From IMG/VR virus record IMGVR_UViG_3300046468_002660: a DNA stretch of 64,000 bases, one strand, 5' to 3'. This DNA is from a virus. The position numbers and the translations under genes were made by a program. The notes beneath the pieces were generated by a model, which was not told where the DNA came from, made no database searches, and worked only from the letters and a program-made list of their open reading frames with translations. The first letter of the stretch is position 1. Every line of letters starts with the position of its first letter. Below are positions 37,280 to 48,254 of the stretch, piece by piece.

Positions 37280-37937
37280 ATTAGAAAAAATATCAAATGC
37301 TATAGGTGAGCGTTACTATACCATTCAGCTGATGTTAAATCTCTTCGAAGGTTTTGGCGGCAGTAATATTATTCAAGTTGGATGTCAAAAGCGGGACTTT
37401 GAATCTTTTCATTACGACTTATTCAATATACTTGCTGATTATGTTGATGACAAAAAACTACAATATGTCAATTATTCACTATACCATGATCATGATGATA
37501 ATGCTAAGGCTATACAATCATTAATATATAAACAATATAATACAAAACAAATAAATATAAAAGATATATCAGAATATAAAGAATATAAACAAAATGATAT
37601 AGATTTATTGATACTACATGATATAAACTATCCAATGCAAAAATTAATACAGCAAGTAGATAGTAAATTAAATTATTTAGAAGCTAGAAATATATTAAAC
37701 GGAATAGAAGAAAAAGAATTTGAGCACCTATTTGGAGATGCAGTACATCCATGCAGGAAAACAATGCTTAATCAGCTAAAAACCTTTTCTAGCCGTCTTG
37801 CTCGCCGTGCAATCGTGGTTCTAGAAGGAAATGATTATCCTGGCGGCTCCCAAACTCTTCTTGCCAAGCGGCAATTGGAGAGGGAGGGATTTATTTGTTT
37901 ATTAGATTTAAAACAGTCAGTGTGGATTAAGCGTTGA
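37266..37937 (+). CDS. Divergent class I SAM-methyltransferase-like protein
   Basis: IIQVGC, IDLLILHD, AIVVLEGND strand pattern; canonical acidic residues altered. Confidence 0.35.
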   Translation: MKLSKLEKISNAIGERYYTIQLMLNLFEGFGGSNIIQVGCQKRDFESFHYDLFNILADYVDDKKLQYVNYSLYHDHDDNAKAIQSLIYKQYNTKQINIKDISEYKEYKQNDIDLLILHDINYPMQKLIQQVDSKLNYLEARNILNGIEEKEFEHLFGDAVHPCRKTMLNQLKTFSSRLARRAIVVLEGNDYPGGSQTLLAKRQLEREGFICLLDLKQSVWIKR

Positions 37938-38863
37938 GTATAACATGTAAAATATGCGGTTCAAAATTTAGAAGTGAGCGTTCTCTCCACACTCACATAA
38001 AAGCGCATGGAATTTTGCTAGCTGAATATTATACAACATATTATCCTAGATATAATTTATATACAGGTGAATTAATTCCTTTTAAAAATAAAGATCAATA
38101 TTTTTCTACTTATTTTTCCAATAATGTTGAATTAGAAAAGTGGGCGGCTACAGCCGAGCGCGAACATGTTCAGCAAATATTACTAGATATGTTGAGCAAA
38201 AGAATAATTAGCAAAGATTTGCAATACGCGCCTAATCATTTAGAATTAAAATTACTTGATTTACCAGAAATAGAAATATATAAAGTATTTTTTGGTTCAT
38301 ATAATGAAGCCTGTCGCAGGCTTCAGGTTGAACCTTTATTAAACAAAAGTGTAAAAAGTAAATTTTTAAAAGAAAATAAAAATTTAAATGACATTGAAAT
38401 CTTGATTGATACTAGAGAGCAAAACCCATTAAAGTTTCCAAATAGCAAATCTCACAAATTAGATTTTGGAGACTATACAGCAACAGGAGAATATTATAAC
38501 AAGACCTACATTGACCGAAAAAGTGAAACCGATTTTAAATCAACAATGACAGTAGGTTTTGATAGGTTCAAAAAAGAACTGCAGAGAACTGTAGATTTTG
38601 ATTCTTTTTTATATATAGTTGTTGAGAGTTCAACAGAAAAAGTTATAAGAAACAATAGCTTTGGTCCTCACAAATCTAATTTAACTTTTGTATGGCATCA
38701 AATGAGAGTGTTATCTCATGAGTTTGCAAGAAGGTGTCAATTTGTTTTTTCTGGAGGAAGAAAAAGATCTGAGAATTTAATACCAATACTTTTAGATGCT
38801 GGTCCAGAGATGTGGCATTCAGACATACAATATTACATTGATAAAAGAATTTTAAAAATATGA
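37934..38863 (+). CDS. C2H2 zinc finger plus ERCC4-type nuclease
   Basis: CKICG...HTHIKAH; IDTREQ, GDY, DRKS..DF. Confidence 0.75.
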   Translation: MSITCKICGSKFRSERSLHTHIKAHGILLAEYYTTYYPRYNLYTGELIPFKNKDQYFSTYFSNNVELEKWAATAEREHVQQILLDMLSKRIISKDLQYAPNHLELKLLDLPEIEIYKVFFGSYNEACRRLQVEPLLNKSVKSKFLKENKNLNDIEILIDTREQNPLKFPNSKSHKLDFGDYTATGEYYNKTYIDRKSETDFKSTMTVGFDRFKKELQRTVDFDSFLYIVVESSTEKVIRNNSFGPHKSNLTFVWHQMRVLSHEFARRCQFVFSGGRKRSENLIPILLDAGPEMWHSDIQYYIDKRILKI

Positions 38864-40725
38864 CTTGGGAAAAAGGAAAACAAAAAAGACGAAGTACTAG
38901 TAAAGATATAAACGAAAGAATATCTAAGTTAGAAGGCTTCTTAGAAGAAAGAGAATCGAAAATTTTATTATATGAATTTTTACGAGAGAATGTTACTTTT
39001 AGTACAAACTTAATTGCTGGGGTAGATTTATTCCCTTTTCAACATATGGCTATTAAATCGATGTTTGAAAGCGATTATTTTTTGGGAATATGGTCTCGTG
39101 GTATGTCAAAATCTTGGACCACAGGAATCTTTGCATTTATGGACGCCATCATGAACCAAGGTGTGGAAATAGGTATTCTATCAAAATCTTTTCGACAAGC
39201 TAAAATGATTTTCAAAAAAATTGAAGATATAGCAGCTAAACCAGAAGCGAAATACTTATCTCAATGCATTACAAGGGTATCTAAGCAAAATGACGAATGG
39301 GTCATGGAAATTGGAAGTAGCTCAATTAGGGCACTGCCTTTAGGCGACGGTTCAAAACTTCGGGGTTTTAGGTTTCATAGAATTATTATTGACGAGATGC
39401 TACTTATGCCAGAAAGGATTTATAATGAGGTTATTGTTCCCTTTCTATCTGTAGTGCAAAACCCAAAAGAAAGGGAAGATTTACATAATCTTGAAACCCA
39501 GTTAATTAAACAGGGCAAAATGAAAGAAGAAGACCGTTACGTTTGGCCAAACAATAAATTAATAATGTTGTCCTCTGCAAGTTACAAATTTGAATACTTG
39601 TATAAACTTTACGAAAACTTCGAAACCCTTATTAATAACGAAGGGAAGTCAAACACAAATGCATCTAGAGCTATAATGCATTTCTCATACGATTGCGCTC
39701 CAAAGCAATTGTATGACCAAAACCTTGTAGAACAGGCAAAGTCAACCATGAGTCAAAGCCAGTACGATAGAGAGTTTGGTGCAATATTTACAGATGACAG
39801 TTCTGGTTACTTTAAGATTTCAAAAATGCAAGAATGTACCGTCGAAGAAGGTGTGAGCCCTTGCGTTGAAGTGAAAGGAGAAGTGGGAGCTGAGTACATG
39901 CTTTCGTTTGACCCAAGTTGGGCTGAAAGTGAAAGTTCTGATGATTTTGCTATGCAAATATTTAAATTAAATAAAGAGACTAAGCAAAGTACGCTTGTTC
40001 ACGTATATGCAATGGCAGGTCAAAACCTTAAAAATCATATTAATTATTTTCATTATTTATTAACTAATTTTAATATTGTATCAATGGTAGGAGATTATAA
40101 TGGAGGAGTACAATTTATAAATGCTGTTAAAGAAAGTTCATTATTTAAAGTTGCTAAAATACAAATTAATGTACTCGAAACTGAATTTGATGATTTAGAG
40201 AATTATCATAAATCTTTAAGATCAGCAAAAAGAGAGATGAACGCTGAAGGTATTCCTTGTGTGCTTAGAAAACCAACTTCAGACTGGATCAGAAGAGCTA
40301 ATGAATTGTTGCAAGCTAACTTTGATCATAAAAGAATATGGTTTGCCTCAAGAGCTATAGACGAATCATTTCAAAGCCAAAGAAAAAAGAAAATACCTAT
40401 TCAAAAATTAAATTTTTTAAATTTTGCTGATGATGAAGAAAAACAAAGTGACGGTGCGAAAATGATAGACTTTGTGGAGCATCAACATGATATGATGGAA
40501 TATACAAAAGGTCAATGCGCATTAATTGAAGTTAAATCTTCACCTCAAGGAACACAAACTTTTGACTTGCCTTTAAATTTAAAAAAGACGACTGGGCCCA
40601 GTAAAGCCAGAAAAGACTGCTATTCAGCACTAGTGCTTGGAAGCTGGATGATGAAAATTCATAACGACATTTACAACTTTAAGGATGAAACTGTTAATTC
40701 TTTTGTGCCAATGTTTATAAAGTAA
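38860..40725 (+). CDS. terL: Terminase large subunit
   Basis: LFPFQ, SRGMSKS, LRGFRFHRIIIDE, LSSA, RNase H-like FDPS...DD, KDCYSA; precedes portal. Confidence 0.85.
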   Translation: MTWEKGKQKRRSTSKDINERISKLEGFLEERESKILLYEFLRENVTFSTNLIAGVDLFPFQHMAIKSMFESDYFLGIWSRGMSKSWTTGIFAFMDAIMNQGVEIGILSKSFRQAKMIFKKIEDIAAKPEAKYLSQCITRVSKQNDEWVMEIGSSSIRALPLGDGSKLRGFRFHRIIIDEMLLMPERIYNEVIVPFLSVVQNPKEREDLHNLETQLIKQGKMKEEDRYVWPNNKLIMLSSASYKFEYLYKLYENFETLINNEGKSNTNASRAIMHFSYDCAPKQLYDQNLVEQAKSTMSQSQYDREFGAIFTDDSSGYFKISKMQECTVEEGVSPCVEVKGEVGAEYMLSFDPSWAESESSDDFAMQIFKLNKETKQSTLVHVYAMAGQNLKNHINYFHYLLTNFNIVSMVGDYNGGVQFINAVKESSLFKVAKIQINVLETEFDDLENYHKSLRSAKREMNAEGIPCVLRKPTSDWIRRANELLQANFDHKRIWFASRAIDESFQSQRKKKIPIQKLNFLNFADDEEKQSDGAKMIDFVEHQHDMMEYTKGQCALIEVKSSPQGTQTFDLPLNLKKTTGPSKARKDCYSALVLGSWMMKIHNDIYNFKDETVNSFVPMFIK

Positions 40726-40768
40726 CTTTAAAAGTGACTTTTTGACTTTTCGGTGTACTATATATGTA

Positions 40769-42829
40769 ATGAGCGAGCAGAAAAGAAAATATGTTAAAAA
40801 ATCCTCTTACTGGAATAAATTTGAAAAAAAAGATAAAGCTTTAGACGAGAGTGGCTTTGAACCTATGCTTTGTGGCGACAATTACTACAGTGAAGCTTCT
40901 GAAAAAAGACCTCCAGTAATTACCACAAAAGCCTCTTGCTCGGTAAGAGACGCTTTGAAAAATGCAGACAGTGCAACTGCAGGCAGAGGAAGAATGGGCT
41001 CTGGAGTTAAAAGCGATAAGTATAAAAATATCGCTCAAGGGATGTTACCTTATACAGTAGGAGCTAATGGAATAGATATTAGAGAAACAATAGAACTGTG
41101 CCAAAAAGCATACGCTAATATTCCTATATTCAGAAACGCTGTGGATGTTATGTCTGAATTTTCTAATTCTGATATCTACCTTGAAGGAGGTAGTGAGAAT
41201 GCGAGAAACTTTATATACAAATGGTTTGAAAAAATTAATTTATGGAAAGTAAAAGACCAATATTTTAGAGAATACTACAGAAGTGGAAATATATTTTTGT
41301 ATAGAATAGATGGAAAATTTAATAAAGAAGATATTTTAAAATTAAATACTATTTATGGTAACGATTCTAAATATTTAAATCCAGGTAAAATACCAGTAAG
41401 ATATATATTACTAAATCCATACGATATTATATCCACAAGAAGCAGTTCTTTTAATAATGGAGTGTATAAAAAAATTCTTTCTGAATATGAACTCGAAAGA
41501 TTACGAAATCCAAAAACAGAAGAAGATAAACATATCTTAGATTCTCTTGACTCTGACTCAAGAAAAAAAATAAAAGAAGGTAGTTATCACTTGGGCGGAA
41601 TGACAGTTAATCTCGATCCTAATAGATTAATTTATTCTTTTTATAAAAAACAAGATTACGAACCATTTGCAATTCCTTTTGGGTTTCCTGTTCTTGATGA
41701 TTTAAATTGGAAAATAGAACTTAAAAAAATTGACCAAGCAATTAGCCGAACAATTGAAAATGTTGTTTTGTTAATAACAATGGGGGCAGAGCCTGATAAA
41801 GGAGGAATAAACCCTCATAGTCTTGGAGCTATGCAATCATTGTTTCAAAGTGAAAGCGTGGGGCGCGTACTTGTAAGTGATTATACTACAAAAGCTGAAT
41901 TTATTATTCCTGAAGTAAATAAAATATTAGGGCCTCAAAAGTATGAGATTGTAAACCAAGATATTAGGGAAGGATTGCAAAACATTATCGTAGGAAAAGA
42001 AAACTATTCAAGCACTCAGATCAAAGCTCAAATATTTCTTGAAAGATTAAAAGAGGCGAGAAATGCTTTTATTAATGATTTTATTATGCCTCAAGTAAAA
42101 ACTGTATGTAGAGCAATGGGATTTAGAAAATATCCTACAGTTAGATTTGAAGAGGTGGACATCAAAGATGAAGTTCAGTTCCAAAGGGTGATTACTAGAC
42201 TACTTGAAATCGGAGTGATAACTCCTGAGCAGGGTATAGAATCTATAAGAACTGGATTGTTTCCAAATCCAGACACTCTATCTAATGCGCAAGAAAAATA
42301 TATTGAACAGAGAGGCGAAGGGTTGTATAATCCACTCATTGGAGGTGTGCCTCCTGTTGAAGCTGCTGGATCTGAAGAAGACAGAGATTTAAGAGAAAAA
42401 CAAATTGATGAGCAGGTGAAGCAACAGAATCAAAACAAGCCAAACCAGCAACCAGTAAAAAATACTCCTAATCAACCTGGCAGACCTACAGGAGCAAAAG
42501 CTAATCAGTTGTATTCTAGGCAATCAATCCAAGGAACTATATACGAAATAGAAAAGTTAAGAAGTTTAGCTTCTAAAGAAATTAAAAATAAATTTAACGT
42601 TAAAAGATTAAATTCTAATCAATCAAAAATTTTAGATAATCTTATCGAAGCTGTTGTCACATCAACTCCAAAAAAAGAATGGACCAAAGAAATAAAATCG
42701 TGCATTAAAAATGAAGATAAGATTGAAAAATTGACTTGTTTAGAAAGTGTTTTAGATATTTCTTCTCAACACCAACTTCCTGATTATCCAGCCTCAATAT
42801 TATTTCACAGTCAAAATAAAGAAAGTTGA
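40769..42829 (+). CDS. Portal protein
   Basis: Follows terL; FRNAVDVM, REYYRSGNIF, size ~690 aa. Confidence 0.75.
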   Translation: MSEQKRKYVKKSSYWNKFEKKDKALDESGFEPMLCGDNYYSEASEKRPPVITTKASCSVRDALKNADSATAGRGRMGSGVKSDKYKNIAQGMLPYTVGANGIDIRETIELCQKAYANIPIFRNAVDVMSEFSNSDIYLEGGSENARNFIYKWFEKINLWKVKDQYFREYYRSGNIFLYRIDGKFNKEDILKLNTIYGNDSKYLNPGKIPVRYILLNPYDIISTRSSSFNNGVYKKILSEYELERLRNPKTEEDKHILDSLDSDSRKKIKEGSYHLGGMTVNLDPNRLIYSFYKKQDYEPFAIPFGFPVLDDLNWKIELKKIDQAISRTIENVVLLITMGAEPDKGGINPHSLGAMQSLFQSESVGRVLVSDYTTKAEFIIPEVNKILGPQKYEIVNQDIREGLQNIIVGKENYSSTQIKAQIFLERLKEARNAFINDFIMPQVKTVCRAMGFRKYPTVRFEEVDIKDEVQFQRVITRLLEIGVITPEQGIESIRTGLFPNPDTLSNAQEKYIEQRGEGLYNPLIGGVPPVEAAGSEEDRDLREKQIDEQVKQQNQNKPNQQPVKNTPNQPGRPTGAKANQLYSRQSIQGTIYEIEKLRSLASKEIKNKFNVKRLNSNQSKILDNLIEAVVTSTPKKEWTKEIKSCIKNEDKIEKLTCLESVLDISSQHQLPDYPASILFHSQNKES

Positions 42830-42859
42830 GATAAACACTGGGTTACTAGTGTACATATC

Positions 42860-43930
42860 ATGTATATGAAACATACAATCAATGGAACAGTAAATAGTAA
42901 AAAAATTATTGTAACTGGAGTCACTGGGCAAGATGGCAGCCATATGGTAGATTATCTTTTAAAAAATGTTGACTGTAAAATTTTTGGATCATTGAGAAGG
43001 ATAAGTGTGCCTAATTATAAGCACATTAAACATTTAAAAAATGAATCAAGATTTGAATCTATAAAATTAGATTTAACTGATTCGTACAGTATTCAAAATG
43101 CAATCACCAACATTCAACCAGATTATTTTATAAATTTTGGAGCACAGTCATTTGTGCAATCAAGCTGGGATTTTCCAGAGCAAACTTTTCAAACAGATGC
43201 TACTGCTATGATACATATATTAGAAGCAATTAGAAAGTTCGCTCCGAAGTGTCATTTTTATAACGCAGGGTCTTCTGAAGAATTTGGTGATGTAGTTTAT
43301 TCTCCACAAGACGAAAAGCATCCTTTAAGACCTCAGTCTCCGTATGGAGCAGCTAAAGCCGCAGCTAGACACCTCGTGAGAGTATATAAAGAATCTTATG
43401 ACTTGTACGCTATTCAAGGTTGGTTGTTTAATCACGAAGGAACTAGAAGAGGGTATGAATTTGTTACCAGAAAAATCAGTAATAGCATTGCAAAAATCAA
43501 AAAATGCATAGAAAAAAATGAAGATTTTAAACCTTTAAAATTAGGTAATCTTGACGCTAAAAGAGATTGGACAGATGCTGAAGATTTCATGGATGGCGTG
43601 TGGAAAATGTTAAACCAAGAAACACTAGATCCTAAAAATTATGTTCTAGCGAGTGGAGAAATGTATACGATTAGAGAATTCCTACAAGAAACTTTAAAAC
43701 ATGCAGGAATAAAATTTGTGGTATCTGGAGAAAAAGAAGATGAAAAATATCTAACTGAAGATGGAAAAACCTTAGTGATTATAGATCCGTCTCACTACAG
43801 ACATGCAGAGGTTAAGGAATTGCTTGGAGATTGCTCAAGAGCTAAAAAAGAATTGGGCTGGAAACCTAAAAACAGTTTTATTCAATTAGTGCATAAAATG
43901 TACGATAATGATTACGCAGAAAGTTCTTAA
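42860..43930 (+). CDS. gmd: GDP-mannose 4,6-dehydratase
   Basis: TGVTGQDGS, AQSFV, SSEEFG, SPYGAAK, LFNHE, FVTRKI, LGNLDAKRDW. Confidence 0.92.
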   Translation: MYMKHTINGTVNSKKIIVTGVTGQDGSHMVDYLLKNVDCKIFGSLRRISVPNYKHIKHLKNESRFESIKLDLTDSYSIQNAITNIQPDYFINFGAQSFVQSSWDFPEQTFQTDATAMIHILEAIRKFAPKCHFYNAGSSEEFGDVVYSPQDEKHPLRPQSPYGAAKAAARHLVRVYKESYDLYAIQGWLFNHEGTRRGYEFVTRKISNSIAKIKKCIEKNEDFKPLKLGNLDAKRDWTDAEDFMDGVWKMLNQETLDPKNYVLASGEMYTIREFLQETLKHAGIKFVVSGEKEDEKYLTEDGKTLVIIDPSHYRHAEVKELLGDCSRAKKELGWKPKNSFIQLVHKMYDNDYAESS

Positions 43931-43950
43931 TTTTTTGTGTATTAAAAAGC

Positions 43951-44661
43951 ATGAAAAAAATAATTTTAGATTTCTCTGAACAAATCCGCTCTAGTTCGTT
44001 ATTTTGCGACTGTACTGAAGGGGATGAAGAATACATAACTATGGAAACATGGGCTGAAGAAAAAGGAAAAGGCAAGAAGTTAAATAAGCCTTTTAGAACC
44101 CCAGGGGGTCCAAAGAAATTTTCTGTTTACGTTAAAAACGAAAAAGGTAATGTAGTAAAAGTAAATTTTGGAGATCCAAATATGTCAATAAAGCGGGATA
44201 ACCCAGAGCGTAGAAAAAGTTTTAGAGCTAGACACAACTGTGCTAATCCTGGACCAAAAACTAAAGCTAGATATTGGTCATGCCGTCAATGGAGAGCTGG
44301 ATCAAAAGTTCAAGGATCAGAATTCGATCTAAGTGATGAAGAAGTTGATGCTGTTATTCTTGATGAGCTTGATGAATCAGAAGCTAAAAAGGGCAAACCA
44401 GGACTTTGGGAAAACATTAGAAGAAAAAAAGCTCGGATGGGGAAAAATTATAAACCAGCAAAACCAGGAGACAAGGACTACCCTGACGAAAAATCTTTGA
44501 AAAAAGCTCAAAAATCTTCGAAAGAAAAAAAAGAATCCAAGGGAGAACTAACAAAAGAACAAAAAAGCTTACCCCCTGCATTGCAGAAAAAAATATTAGA
44601 AAAAAAGGGTAAATCTCCAAAAGATAAAGAAGATAAAAACAAAGATAAAAAAGATAAATAA
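43951..44661 (+). CDS. Basic head-cluster protein of unknown function
   Basis: LNKPFRT...KVNFGD...RRKSFRARHNC...ARYWSC; K-rich tail. Confidence 0.6.
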   Translation: MKKIILDFSEQIRSSSLFCDCTEGDEEYITMETWAEEKGKGKKLNKPFRTPGGPKKFSVYVKNEKGNVVKVNFGDPNMSIKRDNPERRKSFRARHNCANPGPKTKARYWSCRQWRAGSKVQGSEFDLSDEEVDAVILDELDESEAKKGKPGLWENIRRKKARMGKNYKPAKPGDKDYPDEKSLKKAQKSSKEKKESKGELTKEQKSLPPALQKKILEKKGKSPKDKEDKNKDKKDK

Positions 44662-44684
44662 ATTTTTAGTGTATTAAACAACAC

Positions 44685-46274
44685 ATGAATTTTAAATACA
44701 AAACAGCTTTTTCTCATGAGATCAAAGCTTCTGATAAAGATGTTAAGAATAATAAATTCACATCAGAAGCTTCTTTAGAACAATTAAAGAGTTTAGTTCC
44801 TGAAGATATTGATTTCAAAAGAAATATCGATCTTATAGGTTTAGCTTTTAATGCAGCAGTTATTAATCAATTTAATAAAAATGATGATGGAATTGATACA
44901 GCTACAGCAATGGCTATAAAAGATTATTTTGTTCATAAACCTACTAATATAGAACATAATAAAAAGAAAATTGTCGGACATATTGTTTCTTCAGCTTTTT
45001 CAAGATCTTATAACGATGAAATTTTTGAAATTAACAATCAAGATTCTAAAGAGCCTTTTAATTTAGCTCTGGGTGCAGTGATATATTCTAATGCTAATCA
45101 AGAGTTTGCAGATCTTGCTCTACGCTCTGTTAATCCGAATGATGAATTATATCAGTCAGTATCTGCAAGCTGGGAACTCGGATTTAATGATTATGTTATT
45201 GCTGCTGGTAGTCGAAAACTAAGTGAAGCTGAAATTATTACAAATGTAAAACATATAAGTGAATTGTCAGAATATTTAAAAGCTTTTGACGGTGAAGGGG
45301 AAATGAAAGATGGTACTCCTATTTACAGATTAGTTGTTGGAGAAGTTTATCCGCTAGGAATTGGATTCACAGCAAATCCTGCAGCTGAAGTTCAAGGTAT
45401 TTATATACATAAGGATAAAAAAAAAGAGATTGAACTAGACGACCAAGAAGCTCAAGAAATTGAGCGCATAGAAGTACACAATAAAAACTTTTTTGAAAAA
45501 AGTGAAAAAAATATTTCACAAAATGAAAATTTACATGTAATAGAATCTATAAACAAAATTTCTACTATGGAAAAAAAAGAATTACTAGAAGACTTTAAAG
45601 CCATTCTCGAAGAAAAAATGCCTGGTCATGATTTCTCTCAGGAAACTGTGGCTAATGTTGGCCGCGTAATTGGAGATGCTATCAAATCCAAAAGCGAACA
45701 ATATGAAAAGGAACTTCGTGCTCTTGAAGAGCATAAGTTAGAATTTGAAAAGTCTGAACAAGCATTGAAAGAAGATATTGAAGATCTTCGTTCAAAACTC
45801 GGTTCAGCTGAAGAACAAGTTTCTAAACTTAACGAAGAAATCGAAGCTCGTAAAAGCGAAGAAGCTTTTAACGCAAGAATGGACGAAATTGATGCGACCT
45901 ATGAATTGAGCGATGAAGATCGCAAGGTTCTTGTTGCTGAAATTCAATCTGTTGGATTAGAAGATTCTGATTTTGAAGAATACAAATCCAAGCTTGCTGT
46001 AATGTGGGCTCATAAAAACAAAGAACATATCGCAGAGCAAGAAAAGCTTTTCAACGAAAAACTTGAAGCTGAAATTCAAAAACGTTTGAATTCAGAAAAA
46101 GTTGAAGTTGTCGAAGCTAAAGAAGAAGATTCTGTCGAAGAAGTTCTTGAGAATGCAGTTGCTGAAGAAGAAATTGTTGCTAATAACAATGTCGATACAG
46201 CCACTGAAGAAAAATCTTTAAAGGAAAAGTTTCAACAAGCTTTTGCTAGAGAGAATATATCAATCAAAATTTAA
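44685..46274 (+). CDS. Prohead protease-scaffold fusion
   Basis: N-terminal NKNDD, NIEH...VGH, SWE, GFTANPA; acidic coiled-coil C-terminal half; upstream of capsid genes. Confidence 0.7.
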   Translation: MNFKYKTAFSHEIKASDKDVKNNKFTSEASLEQLKSLVPEDIDFKRNIDLIGLAFNAAVINQFNKNDDGIDTATAMAIKDYFVHKPTNIEHNKKKIVGHIVSSAFSRSYNDEIFEINNQDSKEPFNLALGAVIYSNANQEFADLALRSVNPNDELYQSVSASWELGFNDYVIAAGSRKLSEAEIITNVKHISELSEYLKAFDGEGEMKDGTPIYRLVVGEVYPLGIGFTANPAAEVQGIYIHKDKKKEIELDDQEAQEIERIEVHNKNFFEKSEKNISQNENLHVIESINKISTMEKKELLEDFKAILEEKMPGHDFSQETVANVGRVIGDAIKSKSEQYEKELRALEEHKLEFEKSEQALKEDIEDLRSKLGSAEEQVSKLNEEIEARKSEEAFNARMDEIDATYELSDEDRKVLVAEIQSVGLEDSDFEEYKSKLAVMWAHKNKEHIAEQEKLFNEKLEAEIQKRLNSEKVEVVEAKEEDSVEEVLENAVAEEEIVANNNVDTATEEKSLKEKFQQAFARENISIKI

Positions 46275-46286
46275 CAAATATTAAAA

Positions 46287-46955
46287 ATGCAAAAATTATT
46301 ACCATTTAGACAATATGACGAACAAGACGTACTTGGAATCTTTTCTTTAGATGTATCATCTGAAAAAGTTACTAAGTATGTAGATTTAGCACCCGACAAT
46401 GTAAATTTTGACGGTGGAGCTAATTGGAGTGGAACCCTTGTAAAAGCTACAGCTGGAAACGAGTTGGGTAAAGACGAACCTTTAAGAACAAACGATGCTT
46501 ATCTTGGAGCAATTGGAAGCGGAGATCAAGGGTTTGCTATGCAACAAGGAAGTTTTTATCCTCAAGCCCCTTTGAAAGTAGAGGCTGTTGCAAGTGATCA
46601 AGATGAAAACGCTTTAGGTTTAACTCTTCGCCCAACAATGGCATGGGACGAAAATATGGAAAAGCTTCTTTACTATCCTGTAAAGAAAGATGAGTTTCAA
46701 GCTGTTCTTCCTGGGGAAACTGTTCCTGTTGTTACTCGCGGATTTTTTACAGTAAAATACGGCGGCACAACTACAGGAGTAACTATAGCAGGAACACCTG
46801 CAGTTGGCAATGTATTGAAAGCAACAGCTGTTGCTGGAGAATTGGGAGTAGCAACAAGTGCTCAGAAGGGCATCGCAAGAGTCCTTGCTATAGGAAAAAA
46901 TGGAGGAGACAATGTAGCACTAATTCAATTTGGAATTTCTGCTGTCGCTTCCTAA
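46287..46955 (+). CDS. Head decoration/cement-like protein
   Basis: G/A/V-rich, between scaffold and capsid. Confidence 0.55.
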   Translation: MQKLLPFRQYDEQDVLGIFSLDVSSEKVTKYVDLAPDNVNFDGGANWSGTLVKATAGNELGKDEPLRTNDAYLGAIGSGDQGFAMQQGSFYPQAPLKVEAVASDQDENALGLTLRPTMAWDENMEKLLYYPVKKDEFQAVLPGETVPVVTRGFFTVKYGGTTTGVTIAGTPAVGNVLKATAVAGELGVATSAQKGIARVLAIGKNGGDNVALIQFGISAVAS

Positions 46956-46973
46956 AAGAAAGGAAAATTTAAT

Positions 46974-48155
46974 ATGAATATTACTTTAAAACGTACACAA
47001 GAACAAGTCGAGCTTATTAAAGCTATGGCTTCTAAGAATCGAAACGTTGCATATGAAGCTCAAGCTGCAGCTGCTGAATTTATTGGCCCTGTTTTGGCAG
47101 AAGTCATTAATAACGCTCCTGCTTTGAGCAATATGTTTAACACCTTTTCTTTTAATGATGATGACAATCCCTCTATTCCATTGGATCTGTATCATGATAT
47201 TACAGATACTGATTATGTAGAGATTTACACTCAAAATGTTCCTGGTGGACTTCCATCCAACCATGTAGCACCTAAGCACAGCGAGCTTAAATTCCAAACT
47301 TACCGTCTTGAAACAGCAGTTGACTTTGATCGTCGATATGCTTCTCGTTCAAGGCTTGATGTTGTAAGTAAAACATTTACTCGTATCGCTCAAGAATTGC
47401 TTCAAAAACAAGAAGTTACTTCTGGTAACTTGGTAATGTCTGTTTTGGCAAAAGCTTTGACAAACGGCAAAAAACATGTTATTAAATCTCATACAGAGAA
47501 TCAATTCTTACTTGCTGATGTTAATAAACTTATCACTCACGCTAAAAGAATTAATACAGCATGGAATCAAGGAACACCAATCAATGCAACTCGCGGAGTT
47601 ACTGATTTGATTGTTTCTCCTGAAATTATGGGTGAAATTCGCGCTATGGCTTACAACCCCATCAATACTCGTACACACGGTTCTTCTTCTGTAACTGGTT
47701 CAGTTGGAGGTAGCGGATCTTCTGCTGGCGATGCTGTTACTGGTACAGTAGATAATCCTGGTGGAGTTATTGCAGCTACTGATAGCATGCGTGAAGCATT
47801 GTACAACAACGCTGGAACTTCTGAGCTTTATGGTATCTCCATCACTGAACTCAACGAGTTTGGTATTAGCCAAAGATTTAACACAATCTTTGATACTGCT
47901 GATGGTGATGCTGGTAGTTTTGGACAAGCTGGCACTCATTTTAATACTGCCGATGATGAAATTATCCTTGGCTTGGATCGCACTCGTGAATCCATGATGA
48001 GAGCTATTGCTGTTGATTCTGAAACTGGAGCAGAGTTGAGACTTGCTGCTGATGATCAGTATACTGTTCGTCAACAAAAGATCGGATACTATGGTTCAAT
48101 TGAAGAAGGTCGTATGATCCTCGACAGTCGTGCCCTCACAGGTATTGTTGTGTAA
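46974..48155 (+). CDS. Major capsid protein
   Basis: 393 aa, AAGGA SD, codon usage typical of high expression, strong terminator after. Confidence 0.75.
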   Translation: MNITLKRTQEQVELIKAMASKNRNVAYEAQAAAAEFIGPVLAEVINNAPALSNMFNTFSFNDDDNPSIPLDLYHDITDTDYVEIYTQNVPGGLPSNHVAPKHSELKFQTYRLETAVDFDRRYASRSRLDVVSKTFTRIAQELLQKQEVTSGNLVMSVLAKALTNGKKHVIKSHTENQFLLADVNKLITHAKRINTAWNQGTPINATRGVTDLIVSPEIMGEIRAMAYNPINTRTHGSSSVTGSVGGSGSSAGDAVTGTVDNPGGVIAATDSMREALYNNAGTSELYGISITELNEFGISQRFNTIFDTADGDAGSFGQAGTHFNTADDEIILGLDRTRESMMRAIAVDSETGAELRLAADDQYTVRQQKIGYYGSIEEGRMILDSRALTGIVV

Positions 48156-48183
48156 GACACTTCTTAACACATATTAAGAGTTT

Positions 48184-48213
48184 AAAAAAATCCACCTACG
48201 GGTGGATTTTTTT
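48184..48213 (+). terminator. Intrinsic (bidirectional) terminator
   Basis: A7-TCCACC-TACG-GGTGGA-T7. Confidence 0.85.
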
Positions 48214-48254
48214 ATTCCCAGATTTAACATAAAAGTGTAACCTAAAATAATATT

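Noticed and set aside
38860-40725. Inactive terminase or PhoH because Walker A reads SKS/SKT instead of GKS/GKT
   Set aside because: All other motifs are intact; treated as variants rather than pseudogenes
46986-48077. Antisense and alternate-frame ORFs in the capsid gene (likewise in rIIA, rIIB and tail tube)
   Set aside because: Fully overlap well-supported genes and lack start signals
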